Shown here: positions 60,052 through 64,000 of the stretch, in pieces | How the letters are laid out: each line of letters opens with the position of its first letter | How positions within the stretch are numbered: the first letter of the stretch is position 1 | Source: Candidatus Gottesmanbacteria bacterium | GTDB lineage: Bacteria; Patescibacteriota; Microgenomatia; UBA10105; UBA927 | Reading direction: 5' to 3' | DNA: 64,000 nucleotides | Assembly: GCA_030679255.1 (NCBI GenBank) | Contig: JAUXTO010000042.1 | Location: 44,714 to 108,713, forward strand | Made by a program: the position numbers and the translations under genes | Notes under the pieces: generated by a model | Database searches by the model: none | The model's input: the letters and a program-made list of their open reading frames with translations, nothing else | Told to the model about the DNA's origin: nothing

Positions 60052-61929
60052 ATGAAACCCTACTTGAACATTTTATTTCGCAATACTCTCGTGGGCATCA
60101 AACGTATTCCATTCAATTATTCTATTATTCTGTTATTCGTTTATTCTCTTATTTCTGCGCCGATGGCGCAGGCGGCAGGTGAGTTTACCGCCAATTATGA
60201 TGTTTCCTACGCCATCGCCCCAAACGGCGTGACGATCGTCACCCAAACCGTATCGCTCGTCAACCGTCAAACAAATTTTTATCCCAAACAGTATTCGATA
60301 CTCCTGGATACGCTCAATGTCCGTAACATCATAGCGCGGGATGACGGGGGGACCGTGACCCCGAAGATTACCCAGACAGACGGAAAAACGGAGATTCTGA
60401 TTACCTTCAATAAACAAATTGTCGGACTCGGTAAACAAACACAATTTACTCTGCGGTTCGAAAATATGGATATTGCCCAAAAAAATGGGAATATTTGGGA
60501 GGTGAATATCCCGGGTATTACTGATGATGAGAATTTAGGAACGTATGCGGTGAGCATTCAAACCCCACCGACGTTTGGGGCCACCAGTTATCTCAAACCA
60601 TTGCCTGCCGACGGGAAGCGTTGGAGCCGGGATCAGATGACCCGGGGCGGCATAAGTGCCGCATATGGTGATACTCAATATGCAAAATTGACCCTACGGT
60701 ATTATCTCGACAATCCGGGAGTGAGGGGTACCCGCCAGGAAATTGCTTTGCCTCCCGATACGGCATTTCAACGGGTAGCAATTGACGCGATCAACCCAAA
60801 ACCTCTCGAAATGGTCAAAGATGATGATGGGAATTGGCTTGCCCGTTATTTGGTTAGTCCGGGTCAAAAATTGTCGATTGAAGCAGTCATTTCCGTGACA
60901 TTGCGCTTGCCATCCCTTAATTCGGAAATTGCTTCATCTTCAGGTGTTTATCAAGATCGTCAACTCAATGACTATCTGAAGCCATTACCGTATTGGGAGT
61001 CGAGCGATCCTACGATCAAATCTCTTGCTGCAACATATGCCACGCCCAAAGATATCTATGATTACGTCGTGTCAACACTAAATTATGATTATGAGCGTGT
61101 CAAAACTATCCCTAAACGGAAAGGTGCCCTCGAAGCCACCAAAACCCCAAAAAGCGCGCTTTGTATGGAATTTACTGATTTGTTTATTGCCATTGCCCGT
61201 GCGGCAGGAATACCAGCCCGTGAAGTCGTAGGATATGCCCATACGACCAATGCGATCTTGCGCCCGCTCTCTCTCGTCACGGATGTACTCCACGCATGGC
61301 CGGAGTATTATGACCGGGAACGGGGCAGATGGATGCCCATCGATCCGACGTGGGGAAGTACCACGGGAGGCGTCGATTACTTTTCGGTACTGGATTTTAA
61401 CCATATCGCATTTGCCATCCACGGAAAATCCAGTTCTCAGCCACTGCCTGCCGGGTTTTACCGGGAAAATGGCCGTGAAGGAAAAGATGTACTCGTTGAA
61501 TTTTTAGGAGAAGTCATCTCGTCCGCCACGGCTAAACTTATTCCCCGGATTGAATTCCCAGGAACCGTCACGGCTGGATTCCGGGGAGTTGGTATGGCAA
61601 CGGTAGAAAATACGGGTGGCGTAGAAGCTACGGATGTTTCCGTTCATATAGAGACCGTACCTTTTTCGTATACGATGAACAAAGACCATCAAACCATTGC
61701 CCCCTACAGCAACCTTACTTTGCCCTTGACGATGTCTATACCTGCTTTACTCGGCCGATCAAAAGGAAGAATCACGATGACCGTGGGTGACCGCTCGGTT
61801 GAGCATTCCTTCGATATACAACCCATTTCTTGGCTTTATTTGTCTCTATCCGGTATGATCGGAAGCGCAGGGATTTTGTTATGGATCGTCATCGTACATC
61901 CTTTTTCAAAAAAAGTACCCAAAAAATAG
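60052..61929 (+). CDS. Transglutaminase-like domain surface protein
   Basis: Signal/TM, LCMEFTDLF..R..GIPAR, HAW.E, DPTW triad, C-terminal TM. Confidence 0.88.
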   Translation: MKPYLNILFRNTLVGIKRIPFNYSIILLFVYSLISAPMAQAAGEFTANYDVSYAIAPNGVTIVTQTVSLVNRQTNFYPKQYSILLDTLNVRNIIARDDGGTVTPKITQTDGKTEILITFNKQIVGLGKQTQFTLRFENMDIAQKNGNIWEVNIPGITDDENLGTYAVSIQTPPTFGATSYLKPLPADGKRWSRDQMTRGGISAAYGDTQYAKLTLRYYLDNPGVRGTRQEIALPPDTAFQRVAIDAINPKPLEMVKDDDGNWLARYLVSPGQKLSIEAVISVTLRLPSLNSEIASSSGVYQDRQLNDYLKPLPYWESSDPTIKSLAATYATPKDIYDYVVSTLNYDYERVKTIPKRKGALEATKTPKSALCMEFTDLFIAIARAAGIPAREVVGYAHTTNAILRPLSLVTDVLHAWPEYYDRERGRWMPIDPTWGSTTGGVDYFSVLDFNHIAFAIHGKSSSQPLPAGFYRENGREGKDVLVEFLGEVISSATAKLIPRIEFPGTVTAGFRGVGMATVENTGGVEATDVSVHIETVPFSYTMNKDHQTIAPYSNLTLPLTMSIPALLGRSKGRITMTVGDRSVEHSFDIQPISWLYLSLSGMIGSAGILLWIVIVHPFSKKVPKK

Positions 61930-63257
61930 CGCCGGATTCTACCGGTCTTGCTTCCGTCACGACGCGTCCCGGTGTTTATCTCTATTGCGATTCCCATGGT
62001 ACAGTTCTTTATGTAGGAAAAGCGAAAAATGTAAAGAAAAGAGTCCGGCAATATTTTGTCCGCAGAGAGAGACTCACGACGAAAACGCAAACCTTGGTTC
62101 CTCAAATCAGCTCTATCCAAACGATTGCAACCGACAGCGAATTTGACGCCCTCCTCTTGGAAGCACATCTTATACGGGAATTTATGCCGAAATATAACAG
62201 TATTGCCAAGGATGATAAAAGTCCGCTCTATATCGCAATCACATTTGAAGAACTATTGCCACGCATCATTTTGACAAGAAAAACGACGATCGATTCATGG
62301 AAATCTCATCCAAAACGTGCGATTTTTGGTCCGTTTCAATCGGGTCGGATAGCGCGCCGGCTCTTGCTCTCCGTGCGGCATAGTATTCCATTCTGCAGCC
62401 AAAAACAACGTAATGGAAACCCTTGTTTTTATACCCACATAGGACTTTGCGACCCCTGTCCAAGTCTCATAAGCAAAATGCCGGAAGGAATAGGCAAGGC
62501 TCAATTACTTCGAAGGTATAAACACAATATTCGACGTGTTGCTCTGGTCCTCTCAGGACAGGCAAGTAAAGTCCGGATCGAACTGACGCACGCGATGAAT
62601 GCGCGCGCTGGTGTCATGGCGTATGAGGAGGCAGGAGAGATAAAAAAACAAGTGGATGCGCTCGATATGCTCCTGACCCATATATTTGATCCGAGTGTAT
62701 ATACCGATGGGGCAAGTCAACCCTCCCACATTCATGAGACACGACTTACCGACCTTGTCCGGGTATTATCGGGTGCAGGGATGACCTTGACATCGCTCAA
62801 AAGAATCGAGTGCATCGATATTTCCACCATACAAGGTTCATGGTCTACCGGATCGCTTGTCGTATTTACGGATGGTATTCCTGATACGGGACAGTACCGC
62901 AGATTCCGTATCAAGCTCGGGGGCAAGCCGAATGATGTGGGCATGATGACTGAAGTTATCACACGCCGGTTTGGGCACGCGGAGTGGCCAAATCCTAATT
63001 TACTGATTGTTGACGGAGGAAAGCCGCAGGTGAAAGGAGCGCTCAATGCGCTATCTGGATTTTCAAATATTCCCATTATTGGCCTCGCGAAGCGATTTGA
63101 GGAAATTATTATTCCATCAGGCAATCCTTCATCTCCTTTCTTTTCAACGATTCGACTTGAAACCTCCCGCCCTGCTCTCCAGATACTCCAGCACATCCGG
63201 GATGAGGCCCACCGGTTTGCAAAAAAATATCACACCTCGTTGCGATCGCTCTCGTAG
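61881..63257 (+). CDS. uvrC: Excinuclease ABC subunit C (lacking the C-terminal HhH); start uncertain
   Basis: PGVY..YVGKAKN GIY-YIG, ECIDIS, VDGGKPQ, RDEAHRFA. Confidence 0.9.
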   Translation: MDRHRTSFFKKSTQKIAPDSTGLASVTTRPGVYLYCDSHGTVLYVGKAKNVKKRVRQYFVRRERLTTKTQTLVPQISSIQTIATDSEFDALLLEAHLIREFMPKYNSIAKDDKSPLYIAITFEELLPRIILTRKTTIDSWKSHPKRAIFGPFQSGRIARRLLLSVRHSIPFCSQKQRNGNPCFYTHIGLCDPCPSLISKMPEGIGKAQLLRRYKHNIRRVALVLSGQASKVRIELTHAMNARAGVMAYEEAGEIKKQVDALDMLLTHIFDPSVYTDGASQPSHIHETRLTDLVRVLSGAGMTLTSLKRIECIDISTIQGSWSTGSLVVFTDGIPDTGQYRRFRIKLGGKPNDVGMMTEVITRRFGHAEWPNPNLLIVDGGKPQVKGALNALSGFSNIPIIGLAKRFEEIIIPSGNPSSPFFSTIRLETSRPALQILQHIRDEAHRFAKKYHTSLRSLS

Positions 63258-63305
63258 GAACCGCTTTCGTTGGTAATTCACCCGGTTTATGGTAGCATTT
63301 ATAGT

Positions 63306-63710
63306 ATGAAAAAGTTCCTGCGTTCGATCGTATTTCATGTGTTTGCGCTCTGGCTGACCAGCACGCTCATCACGAGTCTCTCCATATCCGGAAATGCATG
63401 GGGCATGCTCTCGGCCGGGTTTATGCTCACCGTCATGATGGTGCTTCTCAAGCCTTTGGTGTCTCTTATATTTCTCCCGATCAATATCTTGACACTTGGA
63501 CTCCTGAGTTGGTTTGTCAACGTCGTTGTCCTTTACCTTTGGACGCTATTCGTGCCCAACGTGTCGCTCGTACCATGGGTATTTCCAGGGTTAAATGTTG
63601 GCGGATTTATCATGCCTTCGGCCCAATTAAGCATGCCCTGGACTCTGGTGATTGTGTCCTTGGTCATCATGTTTATCGTTTCTGCATTGGAACGGTTAGA
63701 TGATCATTAA
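63306..63710 (+). CDS. Four-TM membrane protein (DUF360/YvlD 'phage holin family')
   Basis: LKPL...LPINILTLGL..VN. Confidence 0.85.
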   Translation: MKKFLRSIVFHVFALWLTSTLITSLSISGNAWGMLSAGFMLTVMMVLLKPLVSLIFLPINILTLGLLSWFVNVVVLYLWTLFVPNVSLVPWVFPGLNVGGFIMPSAQLSMPWTLVIVSLVIMFIVSALERLDDH

Positions 63711-63721
63711 ATTGGTTCCCT

Positions 63722-64000
63722 ATGCAACATAAAGTTCATTATCCGAGAGTGGTCTGTATTGGGGGAGGAACGGGTACCTTTGTGGCTCTAAAGGGACTCA
63801 AGGAATACCCCGTCGATCTTACGGCAATCGTTACCATGGCAGATAGTGGCGGAAGCAATAAGCGGATCCGTGATGAATTCGGACTTCTTCCGACGAGCGA
63901 TATCCGTCAATGTTTCGTGGCCCTTGCCGATGAAAATGGCGGCGCGGGACTTATGCGTAATCTTTTTATGTACCGTTTTGAAAAGGGCCAGGGAATAGCC
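63722..64000 (+). CDS. yvcK: YvcK/UPF0052 gluconeogenesis factor (partial)
   Basis: VVCIGGGTG, TAIVTMADSGGS, RDEFGLLPTSDIRQC. Confidence 0.9.
   Translation, partial: MQHKVHYPRVVCIGGGTGTFVALKGLKEYPVDLTAIVTMADSGGSNKRIRDEFGLLPTSDIRQCFVALADENGGAGLMRNLFMYRFEKGQGIA

Noticed and set aside
63306-63710. 'Phage holin' as a second prophage
   Set aside because: DUF360-type membrane gene in a housekeeping uvrC-yvcK context with no phage genes nearby

Overview
Chromosomal window from a bacterium using genetic code 11. Gene content and style (reduced metabolism, short HolA and UvrC, many -10 boxes 5-7 nt upstream of ATG) suggest a Patescibacteria/CPR genome, probably Microgenomates; this assignment is an inference. 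The backbone carries nucleotide interconversion genes (pyrG end, purB, purA, guaB-like), rplS, yraN, tdk, dinB, a SAM riboswitch with metK, rarA, a gluconeogenesis cluster (pmm/pgm, IMPase, two cupin isomerases, ppsA, eno, gpmI, FBP aldolase/phosphatase, acs), rsmI, dedA, lexA, uvrB/uvrA/uvrC and yvcK, plus tRNA-Lys(TTT) and tRNA-Glu(TTC). The main discovery is an apparently intact ~14.7-kb element (about 6992-21702) integrated at the 3' end of tRNA-Lys. It encodes a large serine recombinase whose C-terminus would be swapped on excision, a P4/D5-type helicase module, a c4/CI-like structured RNA followed by a small hydrophobic peptide, both terminase subunits and two large ejection-protein-like ORFs, but no recognisable portal, capsid or tail. 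It is a candidate new type of phage satellite. A second theme is the many short palindromes and 7-9-mer microsatellites inserted in frame in housekeeping genes and at gene junctions. Also present: a Panacea-type toxin-antitoxin pair, an IS256-family element with inverted repeats and an 8-bp target duplication, a small decayed island, and two divergent genes sharing a CATG start. All calls come from reading motifs by eye; no database searches were run.
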